Below the pieces are notes generated by a model, which saw only the letters and a list, made by a program, of their open reading frames with translations, searched no databases and was not told the origin of the DNA. Below are positions 26,464-38,920 of a DNA stretch of 64,000 nucleotides, one piece after another. Position numbers and translations under genes: made by a program. How positions within the stretch are numbered: position 1 is the first letter of the stretch; every line of letters begins with the position of its first letter. Source of the stretch: Lama guanicoe (lineage: Eukaryota); NCBI GenBank assembly GCA_013239625.1, contig MU053934.1, positions 458,074 through 522,073 of the forward strand, in the 5' to 3' direction.

Positions 26464-26880
26464 TATTCTAAGTGAAGTTATCCAGAAAGAGAAAGAAAAA
26501 TACCATATGATGTCATTTATTTGTGGAATCTAAAAAAAAAAAAACCTGAGCCAAATGAACTTAAGTACAAAACAGAAACAGATCCACAGACATAGAAAAC
26601 AGACCTGTGGTTACCAGGGGAGAAGGGGAGGGGAGGGATAAATTGAGAGTTCAGGATTTGCAGATACTAACTACTACATATAAAACAGATAAACAACAAA
26701 GTCCTGCTGTCGAGCACAGGGAACAAGGTATTCAATACCTGTAACAGCCTATAATGAAAAATAATATGCAAAGGAACATATATACGTATAACTGAATCAC
26801 TATGCTGTACACCACAAACTAACACAACATTGTACATCAACTATACTTCAACTTGAAAAGAAAAAAGACAAATTAAAAAA
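26464..26880 (+). mobile_element. L1 3'UTR
   Basis: CTAAGTGAAGT...AAAATACCATATGA...CAAAACAGAAACAGA...TCACTATGCTGTACAC...A-rich tail. Confidence 0.9.
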
Positions 26881-27732
26881 GTGGTTGATACAGGACCATC
26901 CCCCACTACTGTACCACTCCCACTGTGTACAAAGCACAGAAGGGGATTTCAAGAGACCCAAAGCCAGTTTGAACCTTAAAGGCACTTCCAGGCCGATAGG
27001 AATGTAAATATTCTACAGAAAAACCAGAGGCTAAAGATGGAACGGTCATCACCAGGGGCTGGCTGCAAGCATCTCTAGTGGACTCGAGACATCCCTAAAT
27101 GCATACGTGGGCTTGAGCCGAGGGCAGAAACGCTGAGGCAGCAGTCACACGCAGCGCCAGCCTGGCTGCGAGTGCTTAGGGCAGGATTCTGGCTGAAGCA
27201 CCAACATGCCCCTCCCCCCCATCCAGGACAGTAATTCCTCACTAAGCCCCAGGCAGGGGTGTGGGAGGGGCTGCAGAGGAACAGGATGTTGAGACAGTCC
27301 AATCAGAGCACCTGGAACGGAAGCTGGGCGGGAGAAACAGGGCAGCAACCCTGCAACAAAAAAATCCACCCTTTCCAAGACCCAGGCCAGGAGGAGGGTG
27401 CGAGCAGAGGGAAGAGCATCCGAGCCTGGATCTACGCCGCCCCTGCAGCTGGAGCCTCTGCTCGGAACCAGGAACAACCCCTCAACTCAGAGCCCCAGCA
27501 GAACCAGCTTCAGCTTTAAATACAAAGACACAGACCCGCTGTGTCTTTGTATTTAATTTCTCGGCGGCTCAGTCTTCTCTGTTAGATAGAGATCACATGC
27601 TCCTCTCCACGTGCTGAGCACCGTCCTTGGAGCCAGATGGCAGGGTCCTGAGTCTGAGTGACCCTGGGTAAGTAATTTAACCTTCTCTGGACATCACTTT
27701 TGTCACCTGTAAGTGAGGGGTAATAATAGGGC

Positions 27733-28283
27733 TGCGGCAGGAAAATGGGGCACCAGAGGGTGGCCAGGTCCCAGGTCTCGGGCGAGTCTCTGGGACACGC
27801 CTTATCAAGTGAGGGTCTTTGGCTTCTCAGGGGAAAGAATTGAAGAATGAGCCACAGTGAAGTGAAAGCAGATGTATTCAGGGAGATACACACTCCATAG
27901 AGAGAGCGTGGGCCGTATGCAAAGGCAAGACACAGTGAGTGACCTCGAGGTGCAGGGTGGTTAGTGTTCAAGGGCTCAGTAATTTCACATGCTAACGAGT
28001 GGGAGGATTATTCCAACTACTTTGAGGAAGGGGTGGGGATTCCCAGGAACTGGGCCACCGCCCACTTCTGACCTTTCACGCTCAGCCTCCGAACTGTCGT
28101 GGCGCCTGTGGGAATGCCATTTACCATGTCAGTATATTACAGTGACCGTCTATGAAGCTCAAGGTCTACTGGGAGTTGAAGCTCCCACAATCTTGGGCCC
28201 AGTCAGGTTTTAACTAGCTTTTGCCCTGTCTTCCATTTCTGTATCATTCCTTTAATGGCTGTGCCCTGCCCTCTTCCCTCTCA
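27733..28283 (-). mobile_element. ERV1 (MER4-group/MER41-like) solo LTR inserted in a MIR
   Basis: TG...CA ends with 4-bp TSD GGGC. Minus-strand U5-like CTGCTTTCACTTCACTGTGGCTCATTCTTCAATTCTTTCC. MIR halves on both sides (27640-27730, 28288-28390). Confidence 0.85.
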
Positions 28284-28899
28284 GGGCAAAATTCACACGG
28301 TGGTTGTGAGGACTTAGTGAATGAATCTGTGTAAATCACAGAACAGGGTCCAGCGTGTAGTAAGTTCAATAAATTAGTGGTTATTCTTGTTGCTGATATG
28401 ACGTCCTTACCCATCCCTTATCCCTTAAAGGAGGCTAACGCTTGAACACCCCCTGCACACCTAGCACCACCCACGCAAGGCTCCTGCCACGTATTATAGC
28501 TCATTTAATTGTGGAAATCGCTCCTTAAAGAGTGAGAAGGAGATGAGGGTCAGAAAGATCAAGGGCGGCAGCAAGGCCACGCAGCTGGTGAGCGGCAGAA
28601 TCAACTCGAATCCATGCATGCAACTCCCCCCATCCCAAGCACACCATGAGAGCAGGCCTGATAAAGCCAAGGCCGGCACTCCGGCTTTATTTCTACCACA
28701 CTTTCACGATAAAAGTTACACTACAGTATCTACTCTGGAAATGAAAAAAGCACCCCAATCTTGTTTTCCATACTGCGTCTTTTTTTTTTTTTCCTGGAAA
28801 GATTGTCGACACTGGCCTCCTAGCTCACCTCCCTGCTGGACGTCACTGGTTCGAGGGTTCTCGCACCCAGATGTGAGCAGGCTGGGGGCGCTGACTGTG

Positions 28900-29270
28900 A
28901 GATCTTTACTCCACACTCTCTCTCTTTCCCCAAGCCAGTCACTGATCTCCTGTCCCACACCTGCTCTTCCTCCAGGCTTCCCCACCTGGCATCTACATGC
29001 TCCCATCAACGCCTGGGAGTCACCTCTGGTCCTTTCGGCCGCATCTCACCTTCACAGCCCAAACACCACCAAGACCTGGAGGCTTTACCTCCAAACTCTA
29101 TCTCCAGAGGCCACTTCTGCCTCATCTCCACCACCACCGCCTGCGATCAGGTCACCTCACTGCTCACCTAGATGGCCACATTAGCCACCTAGCTGAAGGC
29201 CTGGCCTAAATTCTTATGCCTCTCAGATCATTCTCAATATAGACACCAGATTGTTTGGAAATGTAAACCT
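28900..29270 (+). mobile_element. L2 fragment (continues at 29760-30210 after the MLT1D insertion)
   Basis: Pyrimidine-rich L2 3' region motifs, ending TGAGTGAGTGAATAA near 30205. Confidence 0.55.
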
Positions 29271-29274
29271 GGTA

Positions 29275-29748
29275 TGTCTGGCTGAATTTGGCCCTTAAAG
29301 TTGTCCACCTCCTCGTTCCCGAGCCAGTGACCATGTTGCCTTAAAGGATTTTGCAGATGTTATTAAATGAAGGCCCTTGAGACGCAAAGATTATCCTAAT
29401 TATCCAGGTGGGCATAATATAATCACAAAGGTCCTCATAAGAGGAGGGTCAAAGTCAGAGAGATGCAATGATGGAGACAGAGGCTGGAATGATGTGACTG
29501 CTGGCTTTGAAGGTGGAGGAAGGGGCCAACGCCAAGGAATGAGAGGAGCTTCTCGAACCTGGAAGGGGTAGGAAGACACACGGCTCCCTAGAGCTGCCGG
29601 AGGGAATCAGCCCTGCCGGCGCCTTGACTCCAGTCCAGGGAGACAGATTTTAGACTCCCGACCTCCAAAACTTTAAGAATAAATCTGTGTTGTGTCAAGT
29701 CACAATGGTTATGATCACCTGTGACAGCAGCCACAGGAAGCTAACACA
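29275..29748 (+). mobile_element. MaLR LTR (MLT1D-like)
   Basis: TTTGCAGATGTTATTAA...GATTATCCTAATTATCCAGGTGGGC...GCTGGCTTTGAAGGTGGAGGAAGGGGCC...AATAAATCTGTGTTG...CTAACACA. Confidence 0.87.
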
Positions 29749-31209
29749 CCCGGCCATGCGGTCCCCGGACTTAGGCAGACAGCCCAAGGACTTTAGAAGT
29801 ATCCACACTCCTCTCAGTGGCCTGTTCACAGGGTACCTGCCTCCGTCTCCAGCTTCATTTCAGACCACGTGCCCTCTTGTTCATCCACCCCTGCCTTGTT
29901 GGCCTCCAGACACATCTAGTCCTTCCCAGCCTCTGCACTATTATGCTTGTTCTCTTTACTGGGGTGTCATCCCCACACAGCTTGCTCATAATTATACTTC
30001 AGGTCTGAGCTCAAATGTCACTTCTGAGCATCAAAGTCCTTCCAGACCACGATATCCAAAATGGCGCACGCAGGTTGCTCTCGGCAGCATCATTCTCTTG
30101 TTTATTTATTAACTCATAAGCTCCATGATGACCAAAGTATTTCTAGAGAACCCAAAACTGTGCCTTGGACATGGCAGACCCTCATGAGCTTTTTCTGAGT
30201 GAGTGAATAAGTAGATGAGGCAGTAGGAAAGCAAAACAAGACTGCAGACCCTGGTTCTAAACGCCTGGCCCACGTGGATGGACTGCACGGGAAAGAGGGA
30301 TGACTGCGAAGAAAAAGGCTCTGGGGAGGGCGGTGCACCTTGCTGCTGGACGTGGAAGTCTGGGCAGGAGCTGGGAGCGCAAAGCGGTGAGTTCAGAGGC
30401 TGCCCTCTGAACAGTGCAATGAGGAAGAAGATAAATTCCGAATTTCTCCCCCAGGGCTAAGTGCCTCCACCTTCTACTCTGCAGACCTCAGTTATATTCA
30501 GAGGGAGGAAGCATTTCATCTTTTGACTTCTCTTCTACATCCTTACGTGGACTGAAAATAGCGTCTTGCTTCCAAATGTTTTCCATATTTCTAGAAAACG
30601 GAAATGAACTCAACAGGGGAGCCCTGGAAAATTATGAGCTGGAAGTGAAATTCTGCATGTCCTTCGTCAGGCCAGCTCACTTTTATGTACTTCCTAGTTT
30701 TCTTCCTCACGGGCTGTTCCCCATGATCCACGATCACTCTTACAGGAGGTCAGGGCAGACAGCATCATTCCCATCCTACAGATGAGGAAACAGAGTCCTT
30801 GACGGGCCACGGGCCTATTTGGTGATGAAGTCCATCCTAGGTGCCAATGGCTGGAATGACTTGGGCAAGAAATCCCGCTTCTCTGGGGCCTCATTTTCTC
30901 TACGAGGAATACAGTGCTGTCCTGGCTTGACTCAAAGTTGTTGCAGATCCAACGAGAAAGTGGGCCCTGCCCCGTACGAGCTGAGTGAGCCTGAGCCATC
31001 ACTTAACCGCTCTGTTCTCCTTTTGTGCTTTTTCCATCATGTGGCCACAAGGCCAGTCCAACTGCATGCAAATGAAGCCTCGGCTTTATATTTACTGGGC
31101 AACGACTATGTGCCAAGGGATTTCTTTATGCTATATTTTATTTGCAATTACAGATCTGAAGTTTATCGATAAATGACCTCATCAAAAACAAATGCCATAA
31201 AATAAGTAG

Positions 31210-31420
31210 CTGCGATTTACTGAGAGCCCAGTATGTTATCAGTTGCCTACATTAATCATCACATGTAGACCTTCAAATAAATCCTTATGGAAGGCATCCT
31301 CGTTCCCTTTTATCCATAAGAAATCTGAGGCTTAGAAAAGGTGAGAGAGATGTGCCTGTGGTCACAGAGCCGCTACGTGACACAGACTGGCCTCAAACCT
31401 AGGGCTTTCTGGCTGCTGCA
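31210..31420 (-). mobile_element. MIR fragment
   Basis: ATTTACTGAG...AGAAATCTGAGGCTTAGAAAAGGT...GGTCACAGAGC...CTCAAACCTAGG. Confidence 0.6.
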
Positions 31421-33009
31421 AAGCCATGTCCCTCCCACTCTGACCCACTGTCCTCACTCCGAGGAGGTGGACGCGCCTCTTGAATAAGCAATGGGGGATG
31501 TCTTCTAGTTTTCCTCTTGCCCAGGCTGTTTCATTCATCTCCCCTCAAATGGCAAAATGCTCTCTCAAGGGCCCTTTCAAAATAGCCCTGGGATCACCAT
31601 GTCTGTGAACCCCTTTCTGACCTCTGGCCCATGCAGGGCCCCATCGTGCTTTGTGTACCGTGTCCTCAGAGCACCGGCAACACAACGTGACCTCTGTGTT
31701 CATCTGTGTTCCCACGCCCAGGAAAACCTCTCGCTCACTCAGTTCCCGGGTGACTGGTACAGTGCTCGGCACAGAGGCAGATGCTACAGATGTGCTATTG
31801 ATCAGGAGGGAAAGAAGGCGGGGAGGGAGGCAAGAGCCACTCATCTGCGGTTAAGAGCATGGGCTCCGAGTCAGATGACCTGGGTGTGCACGCACTGGCG
31901 CTGGGACCTAGGGCAGCTTCTTAGCATCCTGCACCTGATCTATAAAAGGGGGAAGATGGGAGGTCCTACCTGAGAGCAGGTGGGTTAGAACAGTCCACAG
32001 AGCAAATGCCGGCCAGTGCTAACTTCCTTTCATTATCACATCCTATCCTAACTTCCACTATACTATCCTATCCTATCCATAAGGACAGAAGGAAGGAATT
32101 CCTCACAGCCAAACAGAGATCAGGAATTTCACCTGGGAACAGAACAAGTGAAGAAGCAGAGAAAATAAGCAGTTCAAGGGTCTCTTTCTGATTACTACTT
32201 GTCACTGAAGCAAAGCAGAGACAGCTTGTGGCAGAGGGGCGGACCAAGGGGTGGACCGAAGGGAAAAGCAGACTCCTTTTTGCTCCGAGAGCCATCTGAG
32301 CAGGACTCCCTATGAACAGAGGCTGGTGAACACAAAACAAATATTTCACAAATACTTGCACTCAGAGATCCTTACTGGTCCGCCCCTTCATATCAATCAT
32401 CTCAGAGTGTTTATCCAAAACATGAAATTAAGCCGTGGGGGAGATGTTCCTCTCTCCTCCGACCTGTCCCCCTCACTGCCACCCCAGAACGGGCCCCGTG
32501 TGAGCCCTGCCTCTCTGGGCCAACAAGGTGTGCCTCTGTTCATTCCTGGACTGCTGACTGGAAGAATTCTGGAACCCAAATTGCCCCGGAACAAGCCAGG
32601 CACAGCATCCCGGGAAGCATAAAACACAGGTACAGCTTCTGGGAAGAGAAGGTGACCGCCCAGTTCCCTCCACTGCTCAGAACACCTGTCTGTCCCTGAA
32701 GTCTAGGTCCAACCATCAACAGGTGCAGAGGCAACCGGCAGCTAAGCCCAGGAGACAAGCAAGGAAAACTGACTTGGAAAGTAAGGTTAACACAACTGAA
32801 CCCACTTGGCCTGGGAAAGAAGTTTGGAACTAGGACATTTTCCAAGTATATGTCAAGGGTTATTCATACACAGGAAATGGCCCACTTTTCCTTATCTCCA
32901 TGGAGAACAGAGCAGGAGGAAGGAACCTTACCAGGAAAGAGGAAGCTCTATGACGTCAATTGAAGAGGTAAATGGAACCTTGGAGATCCTGGTGAATGTG
33001 ACCGCCCGG

Positions 33010-33190
33010 GTTAGATTTTACCTCTACCACTTACTAGCTTGGAACCTTGAGCTAATTACTGAACTCTCCTGTGCCTCGTTTTTCTCATCTGTAAAATGGG
33101 ACTATCCGTACCTACCTTATAGGGCAGTTCTGAGGAATAAATGAGTCAATACAAGTCAAAGATTAAAATGCCCCGTAAATGGTAGCTAAC
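33010..33190 (+). mobile_element. MIR fragment
   Basis: CTCTACCACTTACTAGCT...GCCTCGTTTTTCTCATCTGTAAAATGGG...GAGGAATAAATGAG. Confidence 0.75.
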
Positions 33191-33679
33191 ATCAGCCTGC
33201 TTTCTGGCACACCAACGCCTATTACTCATCTACGTTATTTCAGGTATTGTGCCAAAGGCTTAAGGATTTGAAGAAGATTACAGAAAGGTGAGGCCTCACC
33301 ACCCGAAGGGTGCAGAAATCTGAGTAAATAGTAATAATAACAATTTATCCAGCCCTCATTACGGGCCAGGCGCTCAGTAACACACACCACTACGCCTGCA
33401 CTACACGTCTGAAGAGGAGGTAGGCTATGTGAGGTGCAACTCAACACAAGTGATTAACAGAAGGACAAACAATACAGTGGCTGAGGATAATAATATCGCC
33501 CTCAGGACTAAGATTTAAATGTCAAAGGCAACAGGGAATTAAGCCAGCTGCTCTGTTAGACAAACAGCAGGCACTCCATCAGTGCTGTCATCACCAAGCT
33601 GATGGTTATGAAATCCAAGACCAGGCGCTGAGAAGGGGAGCTGAGATCAGCCCCCCAGAGACTTCATGTTATCCAGGTC

Positions 33680-33815
33680 AAACTTCCCAAACTGGCCCCA
33701 AGATCAGGATCACCAGAGGCACTTGTTGAAAATGAAAACACTTGGGCACCTCCCCTGCAAAATCCCATTTAGCAGACCCGGGCCAGGGCCCCGGAACTAT
33801 TTTTCTCAAGTGTTG
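33680..33815. mobile_element. MER5-like fragment
   Basis: TTCCCAAACTGGC...ATCAGGATCACCAGAGGCACTTGTTGAAAATG. Confidence 0.5.
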
Positions 33816-35492
33816 TCCCAGGGTGGGCCGAGCCTCTGCCACTTCAACTGATGCCCAGGTGGCCCTCATCCTCTGGCAATTCTGGAACCAGAGAGCCTGG
33901 TGACCTCCTTCCTGGCAGGAGGAAGAAATACTCTCTGAGGTTCCTCTTTGGTTAGCAGCCCAAGGTAAGTCCAGACTGCAAGGAGCCAGCTTCCCAAGAA
34001 GGAGACTGGATGAGGGAAAGGCAAGTCAGAGCACAGATTCCAAGACCCCTTGCCAGGCCTGCGAGGTGGGCCCCTGCTACGTTCCCTGGCTGCGTCCACC
34101 ATGAGCCCTCCTCTCCTCTCCCTCTGGCCGCCCTGATTTCTCCTTGCTCTTCTGCAAAGGCATCAAAGCACTCTCTATTCCCTCTGCCTGAAATGCTTTT
34201 CCCCCATCTCTGCCTGGCTCGGCTTCAACGTCACCAATCAGAGAGCCCTGCCGAGACCACGATAGCAAAAGCACTTCCCACTCCCCTGCTCCTCCCCCAG
34301 CCCCTCCACTGCCCCGTGCACCGTCAGCTCTCCTGCTTGAGTCTTTTTTGTAGCCTGTATCACCACTCAGCAGAGTGTGAATCTGTTAATCATCCTCTTC
34401 CTGCACTGGGGAGTGAGCTCCTTGAGAAGAGGGGACACACTCCTGAAATTCACAGCCCTGTCCCCAGTGTCCCAGAACAGTGCCTGACTGTGTTTGTCGA
34501 AGGAATGAACCACCTTGAGCAACCCACCTAAGGGCTGTGAAATGGAATACCCTCCCCCTCCCTGATGGGGCAGTGGGAGGATAATTTAAATGTACATGGG
34601 AAAGCTCGAGGTCAACAACGTCATGCTACCTAACCCTCATCACCACCTACTGGCACAAAGGAGGACGTGCCTTCTAAGATGTCACTGCAAGCTTCAGCAC
34701 CCAACGCTGGCTCTGCGCCAACAAGAGCGTTCATGATGGGCAGGAGAGGAGAATGGAGTGCCCTCTGCTGGGGCAAAAGTGACCAAGATCTACTCTCTGA
34801 AGGTCCCACTCTAAAAAGAGAAGGAACCCTGCATCTTCCCAACCATGCCATCCGAAACAGGGCTCTGTTGACTCCTTAAGCAATTCCTTGCTTCAAAGAG
34901 CATAGCTGAACACACAATGACTGTCAATAGATTGACATCATGAACTCCACTGCATCTACACAAAAACCCTGTTAAATAGGAAGCAGCACCCCCACCTTTG
35001 GAGGAGACAACTTGGGCTCAGAGAGGCTGAGTGACTCGGCTGAGGACACACAGCACTTAAGGGGAGGTTTGGGAACTTGAACCAGCTGTGTGGACTCAGC
35101 TACAGCCCCACCAGACAAGCCTTCAGATCTAGAAGTGATTCTACATTGTGTCAGAGGTCAGTCCTTTTCTCTTTGTGACTCCTGAACGTCCTCACAACCG
35201 GTCATCTGAGTGAAATCATTTTTTCCAAACATGGCCGCTGGGGCCACAATTAGCAGCTGCAGGTGCATTTATGACCACAGTTACCGTATGTCTCAGCGTC
35301 TCCCTGCCCTCTCCCCACCTACCCACCCTGCTTTCCAACTGCTAGAGTCTGGAAATACAGAGAGCCATGAACAAATGGGACATCTGTCTTTTGTCTCGAC
35401 TAAAGCTGACAATGAAGATGGCGACGACCAGCGGTGAATCAGGTGGTGACACAGACCACTTGGGTGATGTTCCAATTAAAAAACTGGCTGAG

Positions 35493-35645
35493 TGAGGAGG
35501 GTAGAGCTCAGCGGAAGGGCACATGCTTAACATGCACGAGGCCCTGGGTTCCCCAGTACCTCCATTAAAACAAATAAATAATTAAACAAACAAGCTTAAT
35601 TACCCCTCCCCCCAAAAAAACTTAAAAAAAAAAAGAATTTAAAAA
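35493..35645 (+). mobile_element. Vic-1-like SINE
   Basis: tRNA-like head GAGGGTAGAGCTCAGCGG and long A tail. Perfect 15-bp TSD AAAAAACTGGCTGAG (35478-35492, 35646-35660) at a TT/AAAA site. Confidence 0.92.
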
Positions 35646-36349
35646 AAAAAACTGGCTGAGGCTGTGATTATGAGCTTAGTTCATTCAGCCACATTCTCTA
35701 GACCTTGTGTGCCTCCGGGGCCTTACTTAGCCCCGGTGGGTGATCTTTCTTCATCTCTCCCAGGACGACCTGCCAACATCCTGGGAATGTGTTAGAGGGG
35801 AAGAAACAAACCCTGCTGATCTGTAACACGTACTCTGTTCAGCCTGTTAACATGGGTATGTATGAGCTAGAGCGTACATCCCCCTTCTCATGGCGGAGAC
35901 ACCCGCCGGCAGAGACGTTAGGCAGCTCCTGTATTGTCACTCTGTGATTTCAACAGTGTCCCCTGTCACTGAGGGACACATGCACCCCACCGTCAGGCCC
36001 TGCCTTGTATAATGTCCTTGTGTAGATTTCAAAGGCTTTATCTGCTTAGGTTGTAAGCCTGCCGAGATGAGTCTACCATCCATTCCTGCCCTTAATTGTA
36101 TGGGTCTATGGCAGAAACAAAATGCAAAATTGCATTAAAGGCCTAATCGAATTTTCTGCTTGTATTGGCTTAGAATAATCCTGCCAGCCACAGAACATGG
36201 TTTGCCTTCTCGTCCGAGATGGCCCCTTTTCCCTTGTCTCAGGGTTCGTCTTGTCCTTAAACCTGAGCATGTTGACGTCAGATGTCACCTACCAGTTGTT
36301 GGCAGACAGCGGTGTGCAGGGTCTCTTCTAGCAAGATTGGGTTCTAGGG

Positions 36350-36500
36350 TCGGCTCCCTTACTTACTGGCTGGGTGACCTTGGCCAGAGAAAGCTGAACA
36401 TCCCTGAGCCCATTTCCTCATCTACAAAATGGGACAAGTGTGGAGCTGACTGGGGGAATAAATGAGACTGAATGTGTAAAACCCCTAGGCCAGCACATGG
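36350..36500 (+). mobile_element. MIR fragment
   Basis: ACTTACTGGCTGGGTGACCTTGG...CTGAGCCCATTTCCTCATCTACAAAATGGG. Confidence 0.7.
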
Positions 36501-37514
36501 GCCCAGACGGTAAGCCAAAGGGTCCAAACTCAAAGTTAACCCACGCCAGACAGGGATCAGCAAGTCACATGACCAAATGCCAGCGGCCCTTTCTTCTCAG
36601 TTCCGTTTCGGGCGTGGGGTGGCACAGGACGACCAGGGAGGGTGGGCACCGGGACAGACCAGAACATTCCCTCACTGTGCAAAGGAACAGCTACTACACC
36701 ACCCCGGCCAGTGGATGCCATCACAACATGAGGTCCTGGTTTGCTGGATCCTTCCATTTCACTAAGGAAAGCCAGAAGTCATTATTTTTATGTGCACGCT
36801 CCCAATTTTTAACTGTTAAACAGCACATTCAAAGCCGCTAACGGCAGTTGGCAGGTTGAACCCATCATAACTGCAGGTCATTTGCAGCCAATTTCTGCTT
36901 AACAAGCGACAGGCGGACACTATTGTTCTGGCTTCCACTGTGGTTACGGTTTCAATAGCACATCACCTTTCCGTGCTTTCCCATCTCCTACAAGAAAATA
37001 AAAGTTTTCCTTCTTTTCCAGGCACAAGGGCTTTATGAGGATGTAGGTGTATGGTGACTAATGCCGATGGGAACATTTATCCAAGGTGGTTTGGTGACCA
37101 TGTTAAGAAATATTATCGTTTGAATTATTCATTGGAGCTATGTCATTGCCAGAGTTCTGGTAGGAATACTGGTCTTGTTTCAAAGGGATGAAAACACTTT
37201 TTCAGAATGAGGGTTTTCTGAGCAAATTTCAGATCTTGAAGTCACAGCTGTGATCAGACCCTCACAGGGGGAATACATGTCCAAATGGTGAGGTCTGCCA
37301 GGAAGGAAAAAAAGGACGTGTGGCTACATCCAAGTGTTAAACATCCACCCCCAAAGAAAAGTTTCATGCTTAAAAAGCATCTGAATTTCAAAGCGAAACA
37401 GTGACATAGCTTCGTAAATCCCGAAGGTTAATAAAATTCCTCTCATCTGAAAAGAATGCAAAACCCACAGAATCTCTTCAGATTCAGATACTTAAACGAT
37501 CGAGATCCACCAAG

Positions 37515-37985
37515 ATTTTTAAAAAATAAACACGTACAGAAAAGCAAGCAAATCATAAATGAAAAACTGAATTGTCACAACATGAACACACCTGTACAAT
37601 CACACCGGTTAAAGTGACAGTTACCAGCACCCTGAAGTCTTCCTTTTGTCCTGTTCCAGTCTCATCTGTACCCCTAGATAAATGTTTGCCTACATATTTG
37701 AGACCATATGGTATATATTCTTTCGTGTCTGTTTTCTTCCACTCAACGCTACCTGTGAGTAGATTTTCATTGGTCTGTTGTGCTTTGCGATATAAATATG
37801 CCACTCTTTATGTGTTTATGTCTACTGTGGACAGACATGTCCCACATGCTGATGTGAAGTTCTCTTGCATGTCTTTTGTGCGAACGTACACACATCTCTC
37901 TTTGGTCTATGACTGGGGACAGAACAGAGAGGTTAGGTTTAGGTGATAACACCAGAGTATTCTAAGTGGTTCTACAAATGGCTAT
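37515..37985 (-). mobile_element. Old L1 (L1ME-like) 3' fragment
   Basis: ACATGAACACACCTGTACAATCAC...TTACCAGCACCCTGAAG...TATATTCTTTCGTGTCTG...TACTGTGGACAGACAT. Confidence 0.7.
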
Positions 37986-38426
37986 CATTTACTTAAAATT
38001 AACAGACCTACTCAACCATCAACAGATCTCTCTGAATGAAATCCCCCTCCCCTCCTTTTGTTAAGTTGATATTTGAAACAAAAATAAATGAAATCACTTT
38101 GAAAGCAGAACCTGCAAAGAGCAGAAGTTCTCGGCCTTTTCAGAAAACCCTAACCTATTATTGGTTACGGATTAAGCACCTATTATAGACAAAGTATTAT
38201 GGTCTAAAATTGTTTGAACAGGCAAATGCATCTGAATACAATGCCTTTTTCAGGACTGGTAAATCCTGCTAGATATTTATGTATCAAATTAAAATTATAG
38301 AAGCCAAAACTCCTGGAGCAGGATAACAGGTCCGTACGAGAAAGCCAATGGTACAACACTCCTTTGCTTTGTCTCTAAAGAACAGTAACAGGACGGAGGG
38401 AGTGCAGAAGCGGACGGGGATGGGCA

Positions 38427-38920
38427 CGGAGGACCAAATAATGGTTCCCCAAAGATGTCCACGTCCCAATCCCCACAACCTGTGAATATGTTACTTTACA
38501 TGGCAGAAGGGACTTGGAGGATGTGATTAAATTAAGGATTTTGAGATGGAACAATTATCCTGGATTTAGGGCCCCAAATAATCACAAGGGTCCTTATAAG
38601 AGGGAGGCAGGAGGGTCACCACTGGACAAGGAGATGTGACCACAGAAGCAGAGGTCACAGTCAGAAAGAGCAATCTGAAGATGCTGCATTTCTGACCTTC
38701 GAGGTGGAGGAAGGAGCCATGAGCCGAGGAAAGCAGGTAGCTTCTGGAAGGTGAAAAAGGTCAGGAGATGGCTTCTTCCCTGGGGCCTCCAGAAGGAACC
38801 AGCCCTGGCAACATCTTGGCTTATAAGCCCAGTGGGACTGATTTTAGATTTCTGACCTCTGAAACTGTCAGATAATAAATTTGTGGTCATTTGCTGCGGC
38901 AGCCGTAGGCAGCCCATACA
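38427..38920 (+). mobile_element. MaLR LTR (MLT1D-like)
   Basis: AATAATGGTTCCCCAAAGATGTCCACGTCCCAATCCCCACAACCTGTGAATATGTTACTTTACATGGC...ATAATAAATTTGTG...ATACA. Confidence 0.9.

Noticed and set aside
28543..29184. 213-aa ORF
   Set aside because: It runs through MIR and L2 remnants and shows no recognisable homology.
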